A stretch of 64,000 nt of DNA from Spirochaetia bacterium (GCA_963668315.1 OY764216.1:3808001-3872000), one strand, 5' to 3'; numbered from the stretch's first letter, positions 40,343 to 50,421 are shown. The notes: a model not told the origin generated them from the letters alone. Numbers and translations: made by a program.

Positions 40343-41900
40343 AATGGCATCCGATGGAGTGGGAGTTGCTGTTGGCGGCCCTTGTAATAATCGTAGCCGT
40401 TTCCACCGTATTCCTCAGCTCCACCAGCTTTCGGCCGATCCTCGCTTCCCGGTAAAACTTATCAATTCTGTGGCTGTAGTAATTCAGGTCCGACAGGGCC
40501 CGGTTCAGCCTTTTTCTGTTCCTGATGATACCCGTGTAATTCCACATGAGCGCGCGGACATTATCCCTGTCGCTTTTTACCAGGATGGGATCAAAATCAT
40601 CCTCCACGGCGGGAAAGATCCATTCAGGTATGGACTGGCGCAGCCTGAACGAGGGATGCACACCGCTGTCGGCCGATTTTTTACCGGCCCGGTAACCGTA
40701 GTACAATCCCTCGAGCAGAGAAATGGAGGCCAGGCGGTTCGCTCCATGGATACCGGTGCAGGCGGTTTCACCCACGGCCATGAGGCCGGGCAGAGAGGTA
40801 TAGCCGTCAAGATCCACTTTGACCCCGCCGCAGAAATAATGAGCCGCAGGAACAACGGGAATAAGATCATTGGCAATGTCTATCCCCACCGATTCGCATT
40901 TGTTGTGAATACCGGGGAAACGGTCCTTAAGTTCCAGATCAACCCCCCGGGCATCAAGGAAGACACAGGGCGTACCCGTTCTGTCCATCTCCCTGTATAT
41001 GGCTCTGGCCACTTCATCCCGGGGAGCCAGTTCCATCATCTCCGGATTATAGCGGGACATGAAGCGCTCCCCTTCCCGGTTAATAAGAGTGGCGCCCTCT
41101 CCCCTGAGGGATTCGGAAATGAGAAAATTCTTTACATCCCGATGGAAAAGAGTGGTGGGGTGAAACTGGACAAATTCGGCGTTGAGAATAGACGCCCCCG
41201 CGCGGTAGGCCATGGAGATGCCGTCACCGGACGCCATGCTGGGATTGGAAGTATGCTGGAACACCCCGCCGACTCCCCCCGTGGCCAGGATAATGGAAGC
41301 CCCATAGATATTCATGACCTCATTGGTTCTGATATCCAGCACATAAAGTCCGATTGCCCTGAGGGGGCGGTACCTCTCCTGGGGATCGGAGGAATTATGA
41401 CTGTTCGTAATGATATCCAGAGCCTGCATATAAGGATAGATTGTGATATGACCATCCATCCGGGAAACATACTTCAGGAGCGACTCTTCTATGGACCGCC
41501 CTGTCAGATCCCGGTCATGGTAGATTCTTCTTACCGAGTGGGCCGCTTCCCTTGTCAGGTCCAGATTACCCTTTTCATCCCGTGAAAAGGGAACGCCGGC
41601 CCGGTCCACCAGCAGGGAATCGACCAGATCGGGACCTTCCGAAGCCAGGAGGTGTACCGACTCCCGCCAGTTGAGCCCGTCACCGGCCTGAATGATATCA
41701 CGGGCGAGGCTGTCTCGGGAGTCCTCTTTGCCGTTTCCCACAATCCCGCCCTGGGCGAAATAGGTGTTGCAGTACCAGGGTTCATCGGCTTTTGTCAGAA
41801 CGGTGACATTAAGTCCCTCTTCAGCGGCACCTATGGCGGCAGCGAGGCCGGAAATACCCGAGCCTACAACGATTAGATCTGATACTACGGGCGGTTTCAT
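40329..41900 (-). CDS. nadB: L-aspartate oxidase
   Basis: GSGISG, AQGGI, EFVQFHPT, LISESLRGEG, ELAPRD, PAAHYFCGG, HGANRLASISLLEG; next to nadC. Confidence 0.93.
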   Translation of the reverse strand: MKPPVVSDLIVVGSGISGLAAAIGAAEEGLNVTVLTKADEPWYCNTYFAQGGIVGNGKEDSRDSLARDIIQAGDGLNWRESVHLLASEGPDLVDSLLVDRAGVPFSRDEKGNLDLTREAAHSVRRIYHDRDLTGRSIEESLLKYVSRMDGHITIYPYMQALDIITNSHNSSDPQERYRPLRAIGLYVLDIRTNEVMNIYGASIILATGGVGGVFQHTSNPSMASGDGISMAYRAGASILNAEFVQFHPTTLFHRDVKNFLISESLRGEGATLINREGERFMSRYNPEMMELAPRDEVARAIYREMDRTGTPCVFLDARGVDLELKDRFPGIHNKCESVGIDIANDLIPVVPAAHYFCGGVKVDLDGYTSLPGLMAVGETACTGIHGANRLASISLLEGLYYGYRAGKKSADSGVHPSFRLRQSIPEWIFPAVEDDFDPILVKSDRDNVRALMWNYTGIIRNRKRLNRALSDLNYYSHRIDKFYREARIGRKLVELRNTVETATIITRAANSNSHSIGCHYVEK

Positions 41901-42733
41901 CAGGATACCACCAGAGAGAAATCGAAAGCTTTTACGGAGTGAGTCAGCCGCCCTATGGAGATATAATCAACTCCCAGGGGGGAGTAGCGGCGGATTTTTT
42001 CCAGGTCCATATTTCCGGAGGCTTCAAATTTGACATCCCCCTCTCTCAGGGCCACCGCCTCGGAAGAAGCGGATTCATCCATATTATCCAGCATGATAAC
42101 ATCGATCTTATTGGCCAGAGCTTCCTTGACCTCGTCCAGGTTGCGGCATTCCACCTCTATGCGGAACCGGTCTCCCCACTTATCACGGACCTTGCCGACG
42201 GCGGCAGTTATGGAGCCGGCCGCGTCAATATGATTGTCCTTTATCATGACCATATCATAGAGTCCCATGCGGTGGTTCTGCCCGCCCCCGGCGGTTACGG
42301 CATATTTTGACAGTAGGCGGTAGCCGGGAAGGGTTTTCCTCGTGTCGAGGATGATGCAGTTCCCCTTCTCCGAGGCGGCTTTTACATGCCTGTACGTATC
42401 GGTGGCAATACCGGAAAGGAAGGAGAGAAAATTAATTCCCGTCCTTTCGCCTTCGAGTATCGTAACGGTGGGCCCTTTCAAACGGGCGATTTCGTCGCCC
42501 GGTTTAAGATATTCTCCGTCTTTCTTATATATTTCGATTTCAATGGAATCGTCGACCCGCTCGAAAACGCGTCGGAAATAATCGATACCGGCCAGAACGC
42601 CTTCGTCTTTGCTTCTCAGAAGAGCTTCTGTTCTTTCGGTGGAAAAAATGGCCCGTGATGTAACATCCCCGTTTTCCAGTAAATCCTCGGCAAGAGCCAG
42701 CTCAAGTAATTTTTCGAAATTATCCGTATTCAT
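41900..42733 (-). CDS. nadC: Quinolinate phosphoribosyltransferase (start reassigned to ATG 42733)
   Basis: ALAED..GDVTS, DTRKTLPG, HRMGLYD..IKDNH, IMLDN, EASG. Confidence 0.95.
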   Translation of the reverse strand: MNTDNFEKLLELALAEDLLENGDVTSRAIFSTERTEALLRSKDEGVLAGIDYFRRVFERVDDSIEIEIYKKDGEYLKPGDEIARLKGPTVTILEGERTGINFLSFLSGIATDTYRHVKAASEKGNCIILDTRKTLPGYRLLSKYAVTAGGGQNHRMGLYDMVMIKDNHIDAAGSITAAVGKVRDKWGDRFRIEVECRNLDEVKEALANKIDVIMLDNMDESASSEAVALREGDVKFEASGNMDLEKIRRYSPLGVDYISIGRLTHSVKAFDFSLVVS

Positions 42734-42776
42734 AGCGCAATTATATGAGAAATTCATCTTCTTAACAATACGTCTA

Positions 42777-42806
42777 TTGACAGGAATAATCATTAGATTT
42801 TACTAT
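42777..42806 (+). promoter_or_regulatory. Sigma70 promoter for the acidic small ORF, divergent from nadC
   Basis: TTGACA-N18-TACTAT, followed by RBS AGGAG. Confidence 0.6.
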
Positions 42807-42837
42807 TAAGTAAAGTCCAGTTTCAGGAGCCCCGCAC

Positions 42838-43086
42838 ATGTATGAAAATGCCCAGAGCTTCTTCCTATCCTCATCCGAAAGGGAAGATGAATTCGAAGAG
42901 GATATAGATAATTACGACAGGGAATTCAATTTCTATGACGACGGAATTGATAAGTATAAAAACGACAACCCCGATGATCTGGACGAAGACGACGACGACT
43001 TAATCGAAGACAATCAGACATTACCCCTCTTTGACGATGAGGAAATGGAAGAAATGCTGGAAGATTATGACGACATGGACGACTGA
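42838..43086 (+). CDS. Hyper-acidic 82-aa hypothetical protein
   Basis: Own promoter and RBS, fills the intergenic gap exactly, 37/82 residues Asp/Glu. Confidence 0.65.
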   Translation: MYENAQSFFLSSSEREDEFEEDIDNYDREFNFYDDGIDKYKNDNPDDLDEDDDDLIEDNQTLPLFDDEEMEEMLEDYDDMDD

Positions 43087-43443
43087 TCAGTCCTGTCCGT
43101 GAATGACTTCCGCTTCAAACCACAAATCTTCCAGCTGGTAAAACTCCCTGGAATCGGCAGTCATGAGATTGATAACCACATCACCGCAGTCCATCAGAAT
43201 CCATGAATCATTCTTCTGGGAATTACCCGTAGAATAAAGGTTGTAACCGTTTTCGGAAAGCCACTTTCTGATTTCCCGCCGGATACCGTTACCATGGGTC
43301 TGACTGGTAATGGTAGCTATGATCATGGAATCGGTCCAGCTGCACTGTCCTTCCACGGAGAGTACTTTCACATCAAGACCTTTCTGATCTTCAATAAGGG
43401 CCGTAAGCTTTTCAATCTTATTTTTTAACGTATCTTCCATCAA
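43087..43443 (-). CDS. rsfS: Ribosome silencing factor RsfS
   Basis: EDQKGLDVKVL, DSMIIAT, WILMDCGDVVINLM..SREFYQLEDLW. Confidence 0.93.
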   Translation of the reverse strand: MMEDTLKNKIEKLTALIEDQKGLDVKVLSVEGQCSWTDSMIIATITSQTHGNGIRREIRKWLSENGYNLYSTGNSQKNDSWILMDCGDVVINLMTADSREFYQLEDLWFEAEVIHGQD

Positions 43444-44602
43444 AATCCTTTCCTAATATTATTACTACGTCCACCGTATCATCGGCAATTTCTTCCTGAA
43501 GCTGATGAATCCGGTCGCATCTTATTAAACTGGCTACCCTTTTGGCCGCTCCGGGGTTTCCCCGGCGGTCGAGAACCAGAGTTGTATCATAATCATTGCG
43601 CTCCGCATTTTTATAAGCGCTGATCTTATAGCCGTAGCTCTTATAGAGCTGTGCCGTTCTGCTGGCCAGCCCGGCGATATCCGTTCCGTTCTGTATCTCC
43701 ACGGAAATAACGATATCCTCGTCACTATATACATCCATATTTGCCAGCGTGTCAACGATTTGCCTGGTCATTTCCCGCATAAGCTTTTCGTCATAATAGG
43801 GGAAAAGCAGATTCATACCGTCAACCACACGGTTTTTTCCCAGAACCTTCTGGAGGACCAGCCTGTCCGTATCGAGATTCTCAAAGATCTCCAGATAGGA
43901 CTGATAGGCCTGCCTGTCCAGATTGGAATCCAGATAGGAATAGAACCGGTCGGCATAACTTTCGTTTTCCAGCCCCTTGTACATATTGCCTAAACGGGAC
44001 AGAAAGGCTTTGGTGAAATCATGCTTCCTCGTTATGATATCGTTCTCCGTATCATCGGGCAGCCGATAGGAGAGGTAAGTTCTCGCCTTTTCTCCATCAA
44101 GCACCACGCTTCCCGAAGGAAGAAGGGATGTTTCCGTCTCGGAGACCTGCCATACCGGGTTGGGGATAAAAAGCCGTATTCCCTCCAGGGTGTCGACGGC
44201 CTTAACAAGATTATCCATCTCCCAGTGGAAATAGAAATCGATATCAACCCCGAGAAGGGCTCCGATTTTCTCAACATAGGGAACGGGATCATCCACATTG
44301 AAAAGACTGTCAAGCCTGTCCATTCTGTTGACGCTGCGGATAAGGGTTCCCATGTTTTCTGGAATATTATAGAGAGCCCCCCGTCCCGTCTGGTTATCGT
44401 AAAAAAAGATTTCCGTGGAAACCGGCTTTCCCCCATCGGACACAATGAGCGCCGTGACAATATTCTCCCGGCTTTTCATCGCTTCTGTGAATTCATCAAC
44501 TCGAATATTCAGGACAAGATAAACCACAATGGAAATAAAAACGACGAGAAGAAGAAGCAGAAACAGAAACGAGCTATCAAAATTATTTTCCTTTCTCACC
44601 AA
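43418..44602 (-). CDS. LCP family protein with LytR C-terminal domain
   Basis: TM, LDGEKARTYLSYR; C-terminal VEIQNGTDIAGLA...DVVIILGKDF. Confidence 0.85.
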   Translation of the reverse strand: MVRKENNFDSSFLFLLLLLVVFISIVVYLVLNIRVDEFTEAMKSRENIVTALIVSDGGKPVSTEIFFYDNQTGRGALYNIPENMGTLIRSVNRMDRLDSLFNVDDPVPYVEKIGALLGVDIDFYFHWEMDNLVKAVDTLEGIRLFIPNPVWQVSETETSLLPSGSVVLDGEKARTYLSYRLPDDTENDIITRKHDFTKAFLSRLGNMYKGLENESYADRFYSYLDSNLDRQAYQSYLEIFENLDTDRLVLQKVLGKNRVVDGMNLLFPYYDEKLMREMTRQIVDTLANMDVYSDEDIVISVEIQNGTDIAGLASRTAQLYKSYGYKISAYKNAERNDYDTTLVLDRRGNPGAAKRVASLIRCDRIHQLQEEIADDTVDVVIILGKDFDGRYVKK

Positions 44603-45171
44603 TCGACTCCCAAACCAAAGGATAGCATCAGAGCTTTCTCTCTTACACAGGGCTTATGTTTTTTCACTTTCCTGTGCTTCAATAGCGATTCTACCACGGC
44701 TTTTACGGCAAAATCAATATCGCCGGAAAGGGCCATGGTCCGGAAAGCGTCATCAATGAAGCTTCTTCCCGGCTCCAGATAATCGGCACAATAAACGATT
44801 TTGGCCAGAAGGGACATCCCGACTTTTCCGGTAATATGCCACGTAAGGGCATCGAGGATCTCATCGTCCCGAAAATCAAGCCGCTCCCTCAATAAACCCG
44901 CCGCCGCCCTGCCGTGAAGCAACAGGGGGAGCTTTCTCTCATCGTCCAGAATCTCTTCCGGCCGGTAAAGTTCGGCGAGGCGTAAAATCTCTTCCCTCTT
45001 CTTCTCCTTGGCCAGATCATGACAGAGCCCGGCCAGGAAGGCTTTTTTTCCGTCGCCGGCGAATTTCTCCGCCAGAAAACGGGCATATTCTGCCGTACGC
45101 CTGCTGTGTTCTGCTCTTTCACGGGTCAGTTCATAAAGAAAGACGCTGTCAACTATCCCTTCAATATCCAT
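44596..45171 (-). CDS. yqeK: HD-domain Ap4A hydrolase YqeK
   Basis: RAEHS, AGLCHDLAK, LLHG, WHITG, YCADYLEPGR; downstream of nadD. Confidence 0.88.
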   Translation of the reverse strand: MDIEGIVDSVFLYELTRERAEHSRRTAEYARFLAEKFAGDGKKAFLAGLCHDLAKEKKREEILRLAELYRPEEILDDERKLPLLLHGRAAAGLLRERLDFRDDEILDALTWHITGKVGMSLLAKIVYCADYLEPGRSFIDDAFRTMALSGDIDFAVKAVVESLLKHRKVKKHKPCVREKALMLSFGLGVDW

Positions 45172-45730
45172 ATAAATTGTGTTCCACCATATAGGATTCC
45201 ACGGCGGAAGGGACATGCTCAGAGACGGATTTCCCCTCCTTTCTCAACTGCCGTATTTCCGTTGAAGAAACGGTTACGATGGGATTCTGAAGAAAAGTAC
45301 AGGGATAGGGAAACTCCTGCGCCCCCCCTTCACGTCTGGCTACAATGAGATCGACATTAGCAACGATCTCATCCACCCTTCTCCATCGAACGAAGCCGTC
45401 TACCCAGTCGTCACCTACGATCAGACCGGGCTTTCCCTCAAACTCATGGGAACGGTAAATCTCATTTATGGTATCAACGGTGTAGGAAGGACCGGTCCTG
45501 TGAATCTCACAGGGGGATATCTCGGCCCAATCCTTGCCGCTAAAGGCCAGCTTCAGCATCTCCATCCGGTGATAAGGCTCGATATAATCCTCCCTTCTCT
45601 TTAATGGCGACATAAGCGCGGGGATGAGAAGAATTTTATCGTAGGACAGAATTTCCATAACGGCCGAGGCAAGTGCGACATGCCCGTTATGTACCGGATT
45701 GAAACTTCCGCCGAAAAGGGCCAGCTTCAT
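45161..45730 (-). CDS. nadD: Nicotinate-nucleotide adenylyltransferase
   Basis: FGGSFNPVHNGH, SYTVDT, VSSTEIR. Confidence 0.95.
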   Translation of the reverse strand: MKLALFGGSFNPVHNGHVALASAVMEILSYDKILLIPALMSPLKRREDYIEPYHRMEMLKLAFSGKDWAEISPCEIHRTGPSYTVDTINEIYRSHEFEGKPGLIVGDDWVDGFVRWRRVDEIVANVDLIVARREGGAQEFPYPCTFLQNPIVTVSSTEIRQLRKEGKSVSEHVPSAVESYMVEHNLYGY

Positions 45731-46719
45731 TATTTTGCCATGCTTAAGAAAAGCTTCTTCAAATCTTCCAGACCCTCACGGGTAAAGATAGAAACGACAA
45801 TCACCGGATAATCGGCAAAACGCTCCCTGAGAGCCTTTTCCGCATCACCCGATTCATCCATATCCTTCTTGGTTCCAATGATAAATCTTTTCTTCTCCAG
45901 CAGAGCGGGCTGATACTGCTCCAGCTCAACGAGAAGCTTATCATATGTATCAAGAAAATTTTCCTCTCCCAGATCAATCATAAAAGCCAATGCTTCCGTA
46001 CGGGCGATATGCTTAAGGAAATCAAAGCCCAGTCCTACACCGTGGGACGCTCCTTCGATAATACCGGGGATATCGGCCAGCACGACCTCTTTCTCCGATA
46101 ATCTGAGCATACCAAGATTAGGAATCTTCGTGGTAAAAGGATAGGGAGCGACTTTGGGATTGGCATTTGTCAACTCTTTCAGGAGGCTCGATTTTCCCAC
46201 ACTCGGAAAACCGACGAACCCGATGTCGGCGATGACATTCAATTCCAGAGTAACAGCAACAGTCTGTCCCGGTTCTCCGTCCTGAGCATAACGGGGCGCC
46301 TGCTGCCGTGAGGTTCTGAAATGCCAGTTCCCCAGACCGCCTTTTCCTCCCCGGAGGAAAATCCATGAATCACCGTCTATATTTTCAGAAAAGTCGTGAA
46401 GCAGATCACCGGTCTCCTCATCTCTGATGAGAGTGCCGGGAGGGACTTCCAGAACCAAATCATCACCCTTTTTCCCGTGCATCCGGCGACCTTTGCCGCC
46501 CTCGCCGTTCTGAGCATGATATTTTCTTCGATAGGATAAATGTGACAGGGTTTTCAGGTTGGTTTTAACCTGAAAAATAACGTTTCCTCCCGTTCCGCCG
46601 TCACCGCCGTCAGGTCCTCCTTTGGGAACATATTTTTCCCGCCGGAAGGACACAGAGCCGGCTCCACCGGAACCGGAGGAAACCTCGAAAGAGGTTTCGT
46701 CTACAAAACCTAGGGGCAT
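45730..46719 (-). CDS. obgE: GTPase ObgE
   Basis: FRREKYVPKGGPDGGDGG, GFPSVGKSS, YPFTT, DIPGIIEGA. Confidence 0.97.
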   Translation of the reverse strand: MPLGFVDETSFEVSSGSGGAGSVSFRREKYVPKGGPDGGDGGTGGNVIFQVKTNLKTLSHLSYRRKYHAQNGEGGKGRRMHGKKGDDLVLEVPPGTLIRDEETGDLLHDFSENIDGDSWIFLRGGKGGLGNWHFRTSRQQAPRYAQDGEPGQTVAVTLELNVIADIGFVGFPSVGKSSLLKELTNANPKVAPYPFTTKIPNLGMLRLSEKEVVLADIPGIIEGASHGVGLGFDFLKHIARTEALAFMIDLGEENFLDTYDKLLVELEQYQPALLEKKRFIIGTKKDMDESGDAEKALRERFADYPVIVVSIFTREGLEDLKKLFLSMAK

Positions 46720-46723
46720 ACTT

Positions 46724-46975
46724 TTATTCAGCTACGATGGAAACGCGCTTTTTGCCCTTGTTAAAGTTAAAAAGAACACTGCCGTCTTTGAGAGCGAAAA
46801 GAGTATGATCCTTTCCGGTTCCCACATTATCTCCGGCATGAATTTTGGTTCCTTTCTGGCGTACGAGAATCTCGCCGGCCTTAACAAGCTGACCGCCGAA
46901 TCTCTTCACACCCAGTCGTTTAGACTCGGAATCTCTTCCGTTCTTGGAGCTTCCTCCACCTTTTTTATGAGCCAT
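46724..46975 (-). CDS. rpmA: 50S ribosomal protein L27 (start ATG 46975)
   Basis: [30 protein letters not shown]. Confidence 0.97.
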   Translation of the reverse strand: MAHKKGGGSSKNGRDSESKRLGVKRFGGQLVKAGEILVRQKGTKIHAGDNVGTGKDHTLFALKDGSVLFNFNKGKKRVSIVAE

Positions 46976-46979
46976 GTTT

Positions 46980-47348
46980 TCATCTCCTTTTGAGTTCCAT
47001 GACAAACTCATTCGGATAATCCCGCATCAGGTCTCCCAGTCCGCAGAGTAGGAAATCACAAACGCCGGAATACCAGTCTCTTCCATCGGGATCAATACTT
47101 TCTATCACCACCCGAAAGTAACCAGCTTTATCCGCTTTAATTTCAGCCGTCAAAACCCCGGAGGATTCCACCTGACGACCATAGGTTCTGATTAATGCCG
47201 ACATAGCGGCACAGGCAACGCTTACGCGGCCTTTTTGAGCCGGGAAATGACCTTCCGATTCCAGATTGACAATGTGGCGGCAATCGGAATCTCCGGACAG
47301 CAACACCCGGCAGGTGAGCACCGGATTAAGCTCCGATAATGTCCTCAA
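46980..47348 (-). CDS. prp: Ribosomal-processing cysteine protease Prp homolog (start uncertain)
   Basis: EGH...ACAAMS catalytic His/Cys pattern; between rplU and rpmA. Confidence 0.75.
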   Translation of the reverse strand: MRTLSELNPVLTCRVLLSGDSDCRHIVNLESEGHFPAQKGRVSVACAAMSALIRTYGRQVESSGVLTAEIKADKAGYFRVVIESIDPDGRDWYSGVCDFLLCGLGDLMRDYPNEFVMELKRR

Positions 47349-47640
47349 CCTTGATTTTGGTCAACTGCTGGCGATGACCATTCTGTCTCAGGTAACCCTT
47401 ACGTCTTTTAAACTTGAGGATTTTAACCTTTTTGTCCTTGAAAGAGTCTTCAATAACAGCCTTAACTTTAGCGCCTTCCACATAGGGAGCACCTACTTTC
47501 GTGTTGTCGCCGTCGGACAGAAGGAGAACCTTATCGAGCTCGATAGCCTCTCCAACCTGATTCTCAAAACGGTCAACGGTCAGCACGGCGCCTTTTTCGG
47601 CTTTGTACTGTTTTCCCTTTATTTCTACAAGAGCGTACAT
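47326..47640 (-). CDS. rplU: 50S ribosomal protein L21
   Basis: MYALVEIKGKQYK..., KFKRRKGY..GHRQ. Confidence 0.97.
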   Translation of the reverse strand: MYALVEIKGKQYKAEKGAVLTVDRFENQVGEAIELDKVLLLSDGDNTKVGAPYVEGAKVKAVIEDSFKDKKVKILKFKRRKGYLRQNGHRQQLTKIKVEDIIGA

Positions 47641-47719
47641 TTTAACATCCTTAACTCTAATTTTTCAGCAGCATAAACAATACTATAAATCTATATACAA
47701 TGTCAATATACAGAAGGAG

Positions 47720-47803
47720 TGCCGGCGACCGGACTTGAACCGGTACGGGCCGAAGCCCACGAGATTTTAAGTCTCGGGTGTCTACCAATTCCACCACGCC
47801 GGC
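47720..47803 (-). tRNA. tRNA-Leu(TAA), CCA not encoded
   Basis: GCCGGCG acceptor stem, D loop GGAATTGGTAGAC, anticodon arm CGAGA-CTTAAAA-TCTCG, long variable arm GGGCTTCGGCCC, T arm GGTTCAAGTCC. Confidence 0.96.
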
Positions 47804-47915
47804 AGATACCGATCGGTATATTAGCAAAAAGCCAGCTGTTTCGTCAACACCGAATCTCCCAAATTCGTCCTGTCTTCCCCTTGGATAAACTCTTTTCCTG
47901 GCCTATTATAGGCCC

Positions 47916-48644
47916 ATGTCATCTAAAAACAAACTTTCAAGGAAAATTGACAAGGCCATACTGCAGTTTAAGCTGATTGAACCGAACGACCGTATTCTCC
48001 TGGCTATTTCCGGAGGCAAGGACTCTCTGACCATGGCCTATCATCTCATAGGAAAGCAGAAAGGCTTTCCCATTCCCTTCGAACTGGAGGCCGTTAATAT
48101 CAGGCCCGATTTCCCCAACGGGGCGGATAACCGCAGTTTTATAAGGCTGATGGAAGAGTGGGGACTCCCCTGCCGCGAGGTGGAAGTCCCGGTAAAGGCC
48201 CGTCTCAAGCCGGGCAGAAAAATGAATTGCTACTGGTGCAGCACCCAGCGGAGAATGGAACTGATAAGACAGGCAAATGAGCTGAACTGCAACAAAATAG
48301 CCCTGGGACACCACATGGACGATATTCTGGAAACATTTCTCATGAATATGGCCTACAAAGGCGAGATGTCCACCATGCTGCCGAAACTGAAATACGATAA
48401 TTATCCCTATACGGTCATCCGTCCTCTGGCTTATGTTCAGGAGTCTGAGATAATCGCTTTTTCAGAAATGATGGATTTCAAGAAGATTTCCTGCGCCTGC
48501 AGCTTTGATACGACAAGCAAACGCCATCCCGCGCGGGATGCCATCAACGCTCTTGCCATTGACAGTTCCGTCAGAGACACGATGTTCCGTGCCCTGAGCA
48601 ATCCCAATCCCCGTTATATGATCGATATGAAAGCCGAAAGCTGA
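47916..48644 (+). CDS. ttcA: tRNA 2-thiocytidine biosynthesis protein TtcA family
   Basis: AISGGKDS PP-loop, CYWC..RR, ALGHHMDD, IRPL, CAC. Confidence 0.85.
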   Translation: MSSKNKLSRKIDKAILQFKLIEPNDRILLAISGGKDSLTMAYHLIGKQKGFPIPFELEAVNIRPDFPNGADNRSFIRLMEEWGLPCREVEVPVKARLKPGRKMNCYWCSTQRRMELIRQANELNCNKIALGHHMDDILETFLMNMAYKGEMSTMLPKLKYDNYPYTVIRPLAYVQESEIIAFSEMMDFKKISCACSFDTTSKRHPARDAINALAIDSSVRDTMFRALSNPNPRYMIDMKAES

Positions 48645-48654
48645 ACGGATAATC

Positions 48655-48692
48655 TCAGCCGATATCTATGGGCATAGAGATCGGCTGATTTT
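48655..48692. terminator. Hairpin terminator between convergent ttcA and ABC-F genes
   Basis: TCAGCCGATATCTATG-GG-CATAGAGATCGGCTGA followed by TTTT. Confidence 0.7.
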
Positions 48693-48718
48693 ATTTACCC
48701 TTTCAGCTGGGGACAGTC

Positions 48719-50356
48719 TTAAATGGAGAGCCGGATGTGGCTCCCACCGTACATCTCGGTACGAAGTTTGTGAATCTCTTCGCTTTCCAGATAGTCATCA
48801 AAGGGGATGCGTTTATCGATCAGACCGCCGGGAGTAAACTCGATAATCCTGTTGGCCGCCGTCTGAATGAGCTGGTGGTCATGCGTATTAAAGAGGACGG
48901 GATAGGGAAAATCGCTCAGGCCGGCATTGAGGGAGGTAATGGACTCCAGATCCAGGTGAGCCGTGGGCTCATCGAGGATAAGCACATTAGCGCCGGAAAG
49001 CATCATCCGGGAAAGCATGCATCGCACCTTTTCCCCTCCGGACAGAACGTTCACCTTCTTGAGGGATTCGTCGCCGGAAAACAGCATCCGCCCCAGAAAG
49101 CCTCTGACATAGGACTCCTCTTCCTCTTCGGAATACTGCCTGAGCCAGTCGGTCATATTGATGTCCGTATCGAAGTATTTCGTATTGTCCTTGGGGAAAT
49201 AGCTGGTGGTAATCGTAACACCCCACTTGTATTCACCCGCATCGGGTTCCATCTCTCCCGAAAGAATATCGAAAAGAACGGTCTTGGCCAAGTTGTTTGG
49301 GCCGACGAAGGCAATTTTATCGCCGTTCTCCACATTAAGGTCCAGATTATCCAGAATCTTCTCGCCGTCGATGGTCTTAGTCAGGCCCTCCACTTCCAGA
49401 ACCATTTTACCCGGTTCCCGCTCAGGCTTGAAGGCCACATAGGGAAAGCGCCGTGAGGTCTGGGGAAGATCGTTAAGTTCCAGTTTCTCCAGCTCTTTCT
49501 TTCTACTGGTAGCCTGTTTTGAACGGGCCGCATTGGAAGAGAACCGGGAGATGAACTCCTTGAGTTCCGTCGCTTTGGCATCGGCCTTTTTCTGCTGCTC
49601 CTTGCGCAGTTTGGCGGCCAGCTGGCTGGCCTTCCACCAGAACTCATAGTTACCCGTGTACAGGCTGATCTTCTGAAAGTCGATATCGGCGATATGGGTG
49701 CAGACCTTGTTCAGAAAGTGACGGTCATGGGAAACAACAATAACCGTATTATTGAACCGGTAGAGAAAGTTCTCCAGCCAGGTGATAGATTCCAGGTCAA
49801 GGTGGTTGGTGGGCTCATCGAGAAGGAGAACGTCGGGATTTCCGAAAAGAGCCTGGGCCAGGAGGATTCTGACCTTGATGTTGTCTTCCAGGTCTCCCAT
49901 TTTTTTCTCATGGAACTCTTCTCCGACTCCCAGACCGTTCAGAAGGGAAGAAGCCTCGCTTTCCGATTCGTATCCGCCCATGTCGGCGAATTCCCCCTCA
50001 AGTTCGGCGACTTTCATTCCCTCTTCGTCGGTCATGTCTGCCTTACTGTAGAGATATTCCCTCTCCTTCATAATCTCATAAAGTTTCTTATGGCCCATGA
50101 TAACCGTTTCCAGCACCTGATGCTCATCATAGGCAAAATGGTCCTGTTCAAGGACAGTCATTCTCTCGCCGGGAGGAAGGATGATTTCTCCCGTATCCGC
50201 TTCCTGATTTCCGGACAGTATTTTGATAAAGGTCGATTTTCCGGCTCCGTTAGCCCCGATGAGGCCGTAACAGTTCCCGGGATTGAATTTGATATTGACA
50301 TTATTAAAAAGAACGCGCTTTCCAAAGGAAAGGCCGATATTGGATACAGTAAGCAA
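48719..50356 (-). CDS. ABC-F family ATPase (YbiT/YkpA-like)
   Basis: GANGAGKST, LLLDEPTNHLD, LSGGEK, second NBD, no TM segments. Confidence 0.93.
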   Translation of the reverse strand: MLTVSNIGLSFGKRVLFNNVNIKFNPGNCYGLIGANGAGKSTFIKILSGNQEADTGEIILPPGERMTVLEQDHFAYDEHQVLETVIMGHKKLYEIMKEREYLYSKADMTDEEGMKVAELEGEFADMGGYESESEASSLLNGLGVGEEFHEKKMGDLEDNIKVRILLAQALFGNPDVLLLDEPTNHLDLESITWLENFLYRFNNTVIVVSHDRHFLNKVCTHIADIDFQKISLYTGNYEFWWKASQLAAKLRKEQQKKADAKATELKEFISRFSSNAARSKQATSRKKELEKLELNDLPQTSRRFPYVAFKPEREPGKMVLEVEGLTKTIDGEKILDNLDLNVENGDKIAFVGPNNLAKTVLFDILSGEMEPDAGEYKWGVTITTSYFPKDNTKYFDTDINMTDWLRQYSEEEEESYVRGFLGRMLFSGDESLKKVNVLSGGEKVRCMLSRMMLSGANVLILDEPTAHLDLESITSLNAGLSDFPYPVLFNTHDHQLIQTAANRIIEFTPGGLIDKRIPFDDYLESEEIHKLRTEMYGGSHIRLSI

Positions 50357-50421
50357 TTGGATCTCCTAATTATTAGTTGGCTATACTATTAGAAGTATTA
50401 TTCGGTTAACAATGGGATCTG

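Noticed and set aside
40311..41585. 424-aa plus-strand ORF
   Set aside because: Antisense shadow of nadB
47719..47976. 85-aa ORF MPATGLEPVR...
   Set aside because: Reverse complement of tRNA-Leu read as protein
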